A stretch of 64,000 bases of DNA. Origin: Basidiobolus meristosporus CBS 931.73. Lineage: Eukaryota > Fungi > Basidiobolomycota. The position numbers were made by a program, and so were the translations under genes. The stretch covers positions 1 to 64,000 of the forward strand of contig MCFE01000295.1 in the NCBI GenBank assembly GCA_002104905.1. The letters run 5' to 3'. Position 1 is the first letter of the stretch. Each line of letters begins with the position of its first letter. Under the pieces are notes generated by a model. That model was not told the origin of the DNA and made no database searches. It was given only the letters and a program-made list of their open reading frames with translations. This document shows, piece after piece, positions 20,714 through 32,600 of the stretch.

Positions 20714-22293
20714 TCACCGTTTCTCCTCCGTGTGCAGGGGACTTCGCGTTTCAGCCTCCCAGAGTCCCTAGAAATAAAGCCGCTGATGAGCAACAAGTCC
20801 ACGAACCAAACCTAGTTGTTCCAGTGTATCATCTCTCAAAAATACCGGGGCCACTGTGGGGTTGTGCCCAACAAGCAACCGATACGAGTTAAGATGACTC
20901 CTCGTGATCCATCACGTTTACTCTTCGATGACCATCGAACACCCCATATACCCGGGTCCATATGGCGTGTCCCGAAAGCTGAAAGGTCCATCGGGGAATA
21001 TGTCCAGAGAGTTGAAGGAAAATACTAACCACGTCGTTCCCTTCGCTAGCCGAAACCATCATCATGTATCTAGGGTTGAAGCCAACCGCGGTGACGGGCG
21101 CTTTATGCCCGGGTAGGGTTTGGAACGGCTCGCAGAGTAGACTTGGGGAATCCAAGTCCCAGACGCGCAAATCTCCGTCCTGCGAGCCTAAATTACCGAT
21201 TCCGGCCAGTGGTTAGCGAAGGCTCGTCCGTACCCAACTCCGTGATCCAACATTACCTGCCACGACAAACCTTCCGTCGGGGGTGAAGGTCACTTCCTCC
21301 CCGCTGTTTTCTTCCGGCAACGGTTTGGCTCCTGTAAGACAATGCTTGATGTCACCCGTGTACGCATCCAAGACGAAGTGACCCCCGACCGAATTGCTGA
21401 GCAGGATGGTGCTGGCATCGTTGCTGAACTTGACCGAGGTGAATGTTCCTGCGTACTCCGGAAACGCCTTTTGGATCTTACTCTGAACCGGGAAAGTGCT
21501 AAAGGGGCCTTTGTCGAAGCTCTTCATGTCGTATAGCTGGACGTTTCCTTCCGACGCGATGGCGAACACTCGCCCCCCGAGTCGAAAGCCACTGAAGGAC
21601 GTCCTGAGGTGTGAATCAGCCCTTGGCAGTTGGGAGAACGTAAGTCCCATAGACGAGCAGAGCCATCGATGCTTCCGGAAATGAAAACCTCTTCGGAGGG
21701 AGACATATCTAAAGAGTAGACTCTTCAATAACGGGTGAATATCCCATAGGGCGATCCCTTTCCCAGCTTTCACAACGTACTTTTTTTTGTGTCCCCGGAA
21801 ATAGCATATGTACTTGTTGTCCTGAATGGAGAGAAATCTAAGCGTGTCTGAAGGGAAAAATAGGGAGATCGCTGTTTAGCCACCGGTAGACTGACGATAA
21901 GAAACGCCTCGGCTTACCGTCCTCTTTGGTCGACGCATACACCACCATGTTGGGTCGGTGAGTGAACCGAGCCAGGTGGACGCCGTATTTTTTGCTGTAC
22001 AAGGTCTGAAGGGATCTGGAAGTAGGCAAAACCGCTTGAGTGGCCGACAACTTCGAGAAGGGAGGCGGACGCACTCGAGCGCGTCGCACCACCCGGTTTC
22101 GGAACGGTACTTACTTGCCTTGGCGGCAGTCGTACAGGTGCAAACTCTCGTCCGCCCCCGAGGTGATGCAGAACTCCCCGTGATCGTCAAAGTCTATCGA
22201 GCTGACCGGGCTGGTGTTTTCCTGGAAGATCTTCGAGAGTTTGAGGTTGGACAACACCCCGCTGTTGAGGGGTACGGATAGGTTTGTCGCCAT
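20714..22293 (-). CDS. SWD2: WD40 protein SWD2/WDR82 (COMPASS/CPF subunit). One homopolymer frameshift at 21573-21578; last exon uncertain
   Basis: [54 protein letters not shown]...[18 protein letters not shown] and [11 protein letters not shown] are characteristic SWD2 blocks. Confidence 0.88.
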
Positions 22294-22521
22294 TCTATTC
22301 TACTTCGCGTTACCAACTCTCACCACCTCCGCAAAGAGTTTATTTGCACCCCTTAGTGCATTTCCCTGCTGGACGGTCACGTGGATCGGGATCTCCAAAT
22401 CAACCACCCATCATGCGGCATGCAAAGTATTTTCGTAGGACACATATGAGGTTCACATCAAAGATGAATGTTGTTTATTGGAAAGTGATGAGGTGAATGA
22501 TTGGTTGGTTGGGAGATAGAG

Positions 22522-23254
22522 CTATTGCTTGGAGGCGATAAGGTCCTTGGACAGTAGGTATTCAATGATCTGCTTGACGCTGTCTTCCACCGAAAGGAGG
22601 TCGCTTCGGATATGAAGCTCTGGTGCCTCGGGGGCCTCATAGGGAGCGGAGATGCCGGTGAATTCTGTATCCGTTGGTAAATCCTGATGTTCGGTGACCA
22701 ATGGTGCAAACCATACATACCTTTAATCTCCCCAGCACGGGCCTTCTTGTACAATCCTTTGGGGTCCCGTTGCTCGACCACCTCCAATGGGCAGTCCACA
22801 TACACCTCGACGAATGGGATCCCTGCCTGGTCGTGGAGGGCGCGCGCGGAGTCGCGGTCGCTCTTGTAGGGGCTGATGAAGCTGGTGACCGCGATGGCGG
22901 TGGAGTCGGCGAAGAGTTTCGCTACCTGTAAGCCGAGGGTTAGTGCGGCCCCAGGTGCCAGTGTGCGACTGTCCTTACCTCGGCGATTCTCCGAATATTC
23001 TCGGTTCTGTCTTCGGGGCTGAAACCCAGGTTCTTGTTCAATCCGAATCGAATGTTGTCTCCGTCGAGACGGTAGGCGGAGAATCCGTTGTGAAGTAGGT
23101 GCTGTTCCAGAGCGATGGCGATAGTGGACTTGCCCGAAGCGGAGAGTCCGGTGAACCAGATGGTCAGCCCCTTCTGGTTGAGGAGGGTGGCTCTCTCTTC
23201 CTTGGTGACATTCCCTTCGTGCCAAGTGATGTTGCTAGCTATTTGTTGAGTCAT
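22522..23254 (-). CDS. MET14: Adenylyl-sulfate (APS) kinase, 207 aa, 3 exons (introns 22926-22978, 22665-22720)
   Basis: [18 protein letters not shown]-loop, [49 protein letters not shown]. Confidence 0.96.
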
Positions 23255-23928
23255 GTTGTTCCTGGTCCTTGTCCTTGTCCCGTCCATTTGCCCCTCATCC
23301 CCTTACGTATTTATCAAGGAGTGACCATATGATGTCCAAATTTTTCTGAAACTGATATCATCTCGTCGACTGGCGATTGGCTGGTGTTGGAACGTCCCCC
23401 CACCTCATCTGGTGATGGTCATCTTGACTGTTGCGTATGACGCGATAATGGTACCTAGTCACATAACATGGCGCCATCCCTCCGAATCCCCACCATCTCT
23501 GGCGGCGCGGATTTCCTGCTCCTTAACCATGCTGTCTCAGACCGACCACTCCACCAACTTCCCTTTGTCTTCGATTGCGAGGCCGGCCACGATCTCTCCC
23601 CGTACCTCGAAAATGGATCGGATTCCCCGGGGTCAGCTGGGATCCATGGGATCATTTGGCTAGTAGATGCGGTTTAATCCTTCTTTAGATAACCAAGACA
23701 AAGAGGCTCTACATGCGCACATGGTTTGCAATGTCGCTGATCTATTTGGGGAGGGGGAGTAGGATGGGGATAGGGGCAGGGGAATAGGGTTAGGGTTAGG
23801 GTGAGGGGTGGCGGATACTCTGTCTACCGAAAGGGTGTACAAGATGGGAGCCGCCGTCCACTAGACTGTTGGTAAGCCCTGGCGGGAGCCCCCGATACGC
23901 TCGTAAAGCTGGAGATCCGGTCGTTCAC

Positions 23929-25930
23929 CTATGTGGCACTAATCGATTTCCGCTGCTTCCTCTTCTTTCTTTTGGTGGTGGATTTGGACCCAGTGCTCGG
24001 GGGGATTTTACTGGCAAGCTCCGAAAGACTTCTGCCCCGAGGGGTGACGGGAGTGGGGATAGAAGTGGGAGTGGGAGTGGGAGTGGGAGTGGGAGCGGGA
24101 GCAGGTACGGGTAAAGACTGGTCTACCCTAGGGCCATTTATGATCTCGACGTTCGATAGTCCGGCTCTCTTGGATTCAACAAGCTTAAACGACCTCGTCT
24201 GCTTGGGAGGCGGGTTGATCTCTGTGAATGGAGTTAGATGTATACGGACCGATTCAAATCACATGACCGGGCCGGACTTACCATAGAACACGAGCCTCTT
24301 CGTTGTGGGATCTTTCTTGCGAAACTTGACGGCCAGAGCAGGTTCATGTACAACCTCCAGGCCATGGCCTTCGCATGTCTCCAGCGTATGCTCATCATCA
24401 TCGAACCACAGCAGATCCGTCAACTCGCTGAGCAGAATCCCCGGCGCCTGATAGAGGTACGCTTTGTTCATCGCCTTTAGGGCGTTTCTCCGCACATCCG
24501 CCAGATGCCACTCGAGGAGGCAGGCCATCAGGTAAGGGGTGTCAGGCTTGCGCATCAGCTTGAAGAGTTTCGAGAAGAAGTTCAAGGAAGCCTCGCAATT
24601 GGCCGGCATGTTCCGCTTGAAGTAGAGGTTGTTGCACTGGCATAACCCATGAAAGGTCAACGCAAGCTGGACCATGGGCGAGCGAAAGATTTCCCGGGGG
24701 TACAATTGGGCTTGCCGCGCGATATCCGGCTCACGAAGGTGCATGACGATGTTGTAGGCACGGAACTCCGCCTCATTGGGACAGGAGATACCGTCCTCCC
24801 TAAGATCCTCGTAAAATTCCTGTAAACTGAGGAGCACTAAAGACGAACGTGAGGAATGCTGATCATACTGGTCCTCCCCCTTGCCCCTTCCCCTCTCCAA
24901 CCTCGTGACAAGACGGCCTACCTTTCTGCAGTTGTTCGACCTCTTGCTGCTCGCTGAAGTTGGGGCTTTGACAGAGTTGGTGTAAACAGAGAATGTGGTA
25001 CCGTGCGATGCGCTCATGCGCGGACACCGCCACTAGATCTCGACAGTTCTGGAAGGTGAAGTCCTGCCGGATGGACCTCGTCCGATCTCGAACGAACGCG
25101 TGAGAGTCCTCTAGTCCCTGGCCACGTCCAACGATCTTCCCGACCAGGTAGTCCAGCGTTTTCTGTCCCGAGGGAAATGTGAGTTGGGTTGGTGAGTGAG
25201 CTGCTCAGACCGAAGGTCTGCACTTACCGTGAGCACCTCGGGAGAGCGAACGTCACACGGGAGTGGCTGTTCGTTACCGGCGGCGGGACGGTGATAAGCC
25301 TTGACCGCACGGAGCCGATCCAACTTGGTGGTACCTGGGATCTTGTGGGGGGGGGGAGGGAAGTCAAAGGTGAGTTCAAAGGGTCAGGCGCGAGAAGAAT
25401 TGCCCCGAGGATAGGTACCAACTCAAACTTGTCCAGGTTCTTCTGGTATTCTCTCTCCTCTCGTTCGAACTCGGGGCACATGTCCTGACAGGTACCCACA
25501 AAGGAGATGGCCTGCTCCAGTCGGAGCGGTTGGCTCGGATCTTGCAAGAGCCCCTGGGCGATGTATTTCGCTCGAAGCTGACCCCGCTTCGCTTTCAGCT
25601 GTCTCAAGGGAGGTTCCGTGGTTAGCGGGCTCTCCTCCTCAAAGCACTTTTCTTGGTCCACCACCTACCTGGAAGTATCTGTTGTCCTCTGGGACGCTGT
25701 TGAAGCGGGCCGCTCGCTCTTCCCGCGTTTGCCCTTTTCTTCGCTGCGTCGGCGTGGCCCCTTTCTTTCCCGGTAGCATCGGACCAGTGGAATCGGCTGG
25801 AAAGGGTGGAGCTCGTGGAATTTGTGGTGGGATTCTACCTGATCCCTGTGGATCTCTTCGTGGTCATTGGCTCCTCATCGGATTCGGATCCCAACCATAT
25901 CTGGCCGACCGATTTTGTGATCCACACTCC
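23929..25930 (-). CDS. SAC3: SAC3/GANP-family mRNA export factor, multi-exon; 5-prime end uncertain
   Basis: FVGTCQDMCPEFER, AVKAYHRPAAGNEQPLPCDVR, FVRDRTRSIRQDFT, HERIARYHI, SLQEFY, NEAEFRAY and YLMACLLE motifs across spliced exons. Confidence 0.85.
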
Positions 25931-26314
25931 TGATTAGCCGCCTGGGTTGAGGCAGATGTGCAAAATCACTCCTTGACTGTATGACTACTCTCTCTGGTTT
26001 CGGCTGCCAGATCATCCCTAATGCTGATCAGATACTGGGACATGGGGGAAACTACCCCACAAGGTTCGGGCGGCAATATGGTTCCATATTTCATGCTGCT
26101 GGTTGTTCCAGTTTCGGAGATGGTTGGATTTGTCCGCTGGGTATGCAATATCCCTATTCTCATAGACCTACGACATGGTATCCCTACTGGTCCTCTACAT
26201 ATGCTTTGATGCTCTGTAGGTCTGTGCGAAGTATCAATAAACTGCAAACATTTCAATATATTTGATGTCAAACATTGAAAGCAACCAAAAAATAATGGCT
26301 TCTTAGAAGGGATA

Positions 26315-26607
26315 TATGATGGTAAAATTGTAATCCACACAAATATTTACCTAGCTTAATCACTTCAATCATTGCTCACAACTCTTGGAAAATTCTGCCC
26401 AAATCCCTTGTTAGGAAACACATGAAATATTACACCAAAACTTCAGGTACCCCAAACATGGGAACTGATAGACAGTTCAGCAGCCCCAAACTCTGCACAC
26501 CCATTCTTGGGACCATCCTAAGCATATTTTGTGTGTTTGTTTGGCCAAGACTAGCTATAATAGATATAGCTACTACATTCAAATTCAATAAATCATGAAG
26601 TGAAATC
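26315..26607. mobile_element. Degenerate copia family-A LTR in opposite orientation, interrupted by another family-A LTR at 26608
   Basis: Matches the reverse complement of LTR 34894-35242 and abuts tgttgtagagtcttggagatatt at 26608. Confidence 0.65.
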
Positions 26608-29600
26608 TGTTGTAGAGTCTTGGAGATATTGAAAGTGATTGGGAGATCAAGTATATTATGTGATTTGCACTTAATGATTTATTCAATGTAAAAGTAGTGT
26701 ATGTACTATTACATGATCCAGTAAAGAAAGGTGTATCCTGTGGTGGATCTTCTGTCATCTATATTCTGTCCTCAATCAGCATCAGAGTGTCACACAAGAT
26801 CCTGCTCTGAATCCTTATAGGTGTACCTTAAGCAGATATCAGCAGTCCCCTTTAGGTATCTAAAAATCCACTTAGCTGCTGCATTATGATCTGATCCATA
26901 ATTCTGAAGATGCTGGCTGACAGCTCCCACTGAATATGTCTGCCTTTGGAGAACTTTATCCTTAAGTAGTAACTGAGCCCTCCTAGACTGGGCATCTTAA
27001 ATTCCTTATATAGGCTGGACCTAGTCTCCTCCAATATTTGTAGGTTATTGGTGGCTATAATTCAATCTTCCATGTATAGTGCTAAAAGAGCTGTATTTGC
27101 TCAATCTGGCTTATAGCAAATACCATAGTTAGAAATACTCTGCTGGAAGCTCAAAAATTTAGAACAAAAATATAACTTACAATCCCACACTCTTGGTTAT
27201 TGTATCAGACAATATAGAAGTTGTTTAAGCTTGCAGACCAAGTGGGGGCTATCTTAGTCAGCCAACCCATCAAGATGGTCCATGTACATGTCATCATCAA
27301 GTTCCCTATTCAAAAATGCAGTCTTTACAGTCACTTGGTGATTAGAAAACCTATATTTGGCTGCAATGGCCAATATTAGTATGATGGAGTTAAAGTTGAC
27401 TACTGGTGCTTAGGCCTCAGTATTGTCAAGTTCTTTTGTCTGAGAGTATCCTTTAGCCACAAGTCCTGCTTTGTATCTTTCAATTTTACCATCAGCCTGG
27501 TATTTTGACTTGAAGTCCCATCTGCATCAAATTGATTTCTGGTCAATTGGTAATTTGACCAGGTCTCAAGTTTGATTTTCCACCAGGGCCTGATACTCTT
27601 CAGTCATTGCAGATCTCCAAAACCTTTTCTGAGGGCTATTTAGGGCCTCTTTACAGGTCGGGGCTTGTCAATATGGACTGAATAGGCATAGACTAAGTTT
27701 GTACTCTCATCAATATAGTAATTTGGACCATTTCTGGTCAAGTTTGATGCCCAGGTTTGTAATCCTAGAACAACCACTTCTGGGATATTCCTAGGCACTG
27801 ATTCAGGCTGAACTATAGTTGTAGAGTCCTCTGGAGTGAGAAAATTTACATTGTTTTGCACTAATTCAATTGTAACCACTGGCTGGCTTGAGTTCAGATT
27901 TTGTGCTCATCTGATGTCATTTTTGGTCATAAGTTGGAAATTTTATCAAACAACATATTCCCTGGCATGAACAGCTTCTTGCTATGAAAATGTAGAGTCT
28001 GTATGCCTCACTCTCATTGAGTAGTTTAGAAATATGCGTTTTACATTTTTTGTCTTTAATTATGACTGATTTCTAGGCAGTTTCTTGGCATATGATATGC
28101 ACCCAAATACTCTTAGATGTTCTACACTTGGTCTATATCAGTATCATGCCTCAATGGAGCAGAATCAAGAAGTAATCTGCTTTAACTTCTATATTTAGGC
28201 TATACAGCTGTGGCAACTGATCTGGCCTACATATCAAAGGATTATTCTTGATCATGGAACATAGATCTTGCCATATCAACTATTGATCTATTGGCCTATT
28301 CTGCTATTCCAGTTTGCTGTGGGGAATACAGCACAGTAGTATCTTGCATTATACTATGAATATTGTAGAAGTCGATAAAGACTTTTGTGGTATATTTGCC
28401 ACTAAGAAGTAAATCCTGACAAGAAATTTGGTCAGTATTTACTACAATATGTAGATCATGATCTAAGTGACTAAATTAGGTGAATATTTAGGTGGAACTG
28501 CATATTTTTACAACTCTCCTACTCAATTTAATGCCTGTACTGACTAGTCCCATTTTGGATCTAAGATAACCAAATTTGTCTCTGGCTAAGGGCTTAGTAA
28601 GTTTGTCTGTAATCATATCATCAGTAGTACAGTATTCTAAGTTGAGTAAGTTATTCTCTATAGCCTCATATATGAAATGATGACTAATATTTGTATGTTT
28701 AGGTGTAGCATGAAAAGTAGGATATCTACTTAACTAAATACATCCCTGATTATCTTGAAATAAGAGATAGGCATTTTTTGAGACAAACATACATCTCTAA
28801 GAAGCTTTCTTAAGTGCATTGATTCTTTTGTAGCTTCATGGACTTCCATAAACTCTACATTGGTAGTGGAAAGTGTTACAGTTGGTTGCCTTGTTGAATT
28901 CCATGAAATACATCCATTACAGTAAAGAAAGGGATATACTATGGTGGGTTTCTGTCTTCTAAATTTTGTCCTTGGTCAGCATCAGAGTATCGCACACAAT
29001 CCTGCTCTGAATCATTATAGGTGTACCTTAGGCAGATATCATCAGTTTGCATCAGGTATCTATAATCTGCATAACTGCTACAATGTCATCAAATCTATAG
29101 ATCTTGATATGCTGACTGACAACTCTCACTGAATATGATATATCCTGATGTGTTCCAAGCATGATATACATCAGACTGCTAGCCATAAATTGGTAAGGGA
29201 GTATTGGGCTTTCAGATGGTACCAAGCTTTCTTGATTTAGTTGAGTTTTGATCAAGATGACAAGTATCCTCATTGGGGTAGTGGCCAGTTTACAGTCTTC
29301 TATTTGGTACTTCTTTAGTATATCTTGAATATACTTTGATTGGCTTAGGGTGATAGTGTGGGTACCTCTGTCTTTGGAGAACTTTATCCTTAAGTAGTAA
29401 CTGAGCCCTCCTAGACTGGGCATCTTAAATTAGATAGGCTGGACCTAGTCTCCTCCAATATTTGTAGGTTGTTGGTGGCTATAATTCAATCTTCCATATA
29501 TAGTGCTAAAAGAGCTGTATTTGCTCAATCTGGCTTATAGCAAATACCATAGTTAGAAATACTGTGTTGGAAGCTCAAAAATTTAGAACAAAAATCTAAC

Positions 29601-32600
29601 TTACAATCCCACACTCTTGGTGATTGTATCAGACAATATAGAAATTGTTTAAGCTTGCAGACCAAGTGTGGGCTATCTTAGTCAGCCAACCCATCAATTT
29701 GGTCCATGTACATGTCCTCATCAAGTTCCCTATTCAAAAATGCAGTCTTTACAGTCACTTGGTGATTAGAAAACCTATATTTGGCTGCAATGGCCAATAT
29801 TAGTATGATGGAGTTAAAGTTGACTACTGGTGCTTAGGCCTCAGTATAGTCAAGTTCTTTTGTCTGAGAGTATCCTTTGGCCACAAGTCCTGCTTTGTAT
29901 CTTTCAATTTTACCATCAGCCTGGTATTTTGACTTGAAGTCCCATCTGCATCCAATTGATTTCTGGTCAATTGGTAATTTGACCAGGTCTCAAGTTTGAT
30001 TTTCTACCAGGGCCTGATACTCTTCAGTCATTGCAGATCTCCAAAACCTTTTCTGAGGGCTATTTAGGGCCTCTTTACAGGTTGGGGCTTGTCAATATGG
30101 ACTGAATAGGCATAGACTAAGTTTGTACTCTCATCAATATAGTAATTTGGACCATTTCTGGTCAAGTTTGATGCCCAGGTTTGTAATACTAGAACAGCCA
30201 CTTCTGGGATATTCCTAGGCATTGATTCAGGCTGAACTATAGTTGTAGAGTCCTCTGGAGTGAGAAAATTTACATTGTTTTGCACTGATTCAATTGTAAC
30301 CACTGGCTGGCTTGAGTTCAGATTTTGTGCTCATCTGATGTCATTTTTGGTCATAAGTTGGAAATTTTATCAAAAAACATATTCCTTGGCATGAACAGCT
30401 TCTTGCTATGAAAATGTAGAGTCTGTATGCCTCACTCTCATTGAGTAGTTTAGAAATATGAGTTTTACATTTTTTGTCTTTAATTATGACTGATTTCTAG
30501 GCAGTTTCTTGGCATATGCTACACACCCAAATACTCTTAGATGTTGTGCACTTGGTCTATATCTGTTGTAAGAGTCTTGGAGATATTGGAAGTGATTGGG
30601 AGAACAAGTTGATAATGCGGTTTTCACTTAATGATTTATTGAATGTAAAAGTAGTATTTATACTTTTACATGGTCTTGGCATTACAAACATGTAGAATAG
30701 GTTAAGGAAGGTCCCAAGAACATGTGTGCAAAGTTTGGGGCTGTTTGGACAACTTAGAATATTTTCACCAAGATACCAGGTACCCAGAACATGAAAATTC
30801 TCAAAGTAAATCCCTACAAGGAATTTTGGTTGGTGTTCTCTAGGATTTGAAGGTGATGATCTAAGTGACTAAGTTAGGTGAATATTTAGGTGGAAATACA
30901 AATTTTTACACACTCCCACTCAGCTAAATGTTCATACTGACTAGTCCTAATATTGACCTAAGATATTCAAACTTGTCTCTAGCTAATGGTTTGGTAAATA
31001 TGTCTGCAACCATTTCATCTGAAGGACAGTAAGCTAAGCTAACTAAGCTAGTGTCTGTAGCTTCACGTATGAAATGATGTCTAATATCTATTTGCTTGGT
31101 TCTAGCATGAAAAGTTGGATTTCTGCCTAATTGTATACATCCTTGATTATCTTGAAAGAAAGTAATAGGTGTTTTTTGACATAGGCCTAAATCTGTAAGA
31201 AGCTTTCTTAACCACATTGCTTCTTTTGTAGCTTCACAGGCTGCCATATACTCTGCCTCTGTAGTGGAAAGTGCTATGGTTGGTTGCTTTCTTGAATTCC
31301 ATGAAATGGCTCCTTTACAGTAAAGAAAGGTGTATCCTGTGGTGGATCTTCTGTCTTCCAAATTTTGTCCCCAATCAGCATCAGAGTATACCACAAGATC
31401 CTGTTCTGAATCCTTATAAGTGTATCTTAAGCAGATATCAGCAGTTCCTTTTAGGTATCTAAAAATCCGCTTAACTGCTGCAATATGATCAGATCCATAG
31501 TTCTGATTATGTTGGCTGACAATTCCCACTGGATATGAGAAATCTGGACGTGTTCCAAGCATGATATACATCAGACTGCTAACCATGGATTGATAAGGAA
31601 AGTTAGGGCTTTCAGATGGCACCAAGCTCTCTTGATTTGGTTGAGTTTTGACCAAGTTAAGGTTTGTCTCCATTGGGGCAGCTGCTGGTTTACAGTCTTC
31701 CATTTGGTACTTGTTTAGTACATATAAATATACTTGGATTGGCTTAGGGTGATAGTCTGGGTACTTCTGTCTATGGAGAACTTAATCCCTAAGTAGTAAC
31801 TGAGTTCTTCTAGATTGGACATCTTGAACTCCTTAGATAGGCTGAATTTTGTCTCTTCCAATGTTGCTAGGTTATTGGTGGCTATAATAAGATCATCCAC
31901 ATATAGAGCTAATAGAACTGGATTTGCTCTATCTGGCTTATAGTATATACTATAGTCAGCATTACTCCTTTTCCAACTCAAAGATTTCAAATAAGAATCC
32001 ATCTTGCAATTCCAGGCTCTTGGTGATTGTTTGAGACCATATAGTGACTTTTTAAGCTTGCAGACCAAATGGGGGTTATCTTGGTCAACAAACCCATCAG
32101 GCTGGTCCATATACACATCCTCATCAAGTTCTCCATTCAGAAATGCAGCTTTTATATCTATTTGATGTATAAATAGCTTGTATTTGGCTGCAATAGCCAA
32201 TATCAATCTGATGGAATTAAACTTGGCTACTGGTGCAAAGGTCTCAGTATAGTCAAGTCCTTTTGTTTGAGAGTATCCTCTGGCTACAAGTCTTGTTTTG
32301 TATCTTTCAATTGTACCATCAGCCTTGTATTTTGTCTTGAAGACCCATCTGTATCCAATTGATTTTTGGTTGATTGGTAATTTGTCTAAGTCCCAAGTTT
32401 GATTTTCCATCAGGGCCTGATACTCCTCAGTCATAGCAGATCTCCAAACTTTGTCTGAGGGCTATTTAGGGCCTTTTTTACAGCCAGGGGTTCATCAATA
32501 TGGACTGAATAGGCATAGGCTAAGTTTGTGCCCTCATTGATATAGTAATTTGGGCTATTTCTTGTCCAATTGGATCTCCTGGCATTTGATACTAGAATGA

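Noticed and set aside
23785-23806. TAGGGTTAGGGTTAGGGTGAGGG telomere-like repeat
   Set aside because: Only about three units inside a generally G-rich low-complexity tract; insufficient to call an interstitial telomere.
24055-24105. GGGAGT hexamer repeat
   Set aside because: Explained as Pro-Thr codon repeats in the SAC3 last exon on the minus strand.
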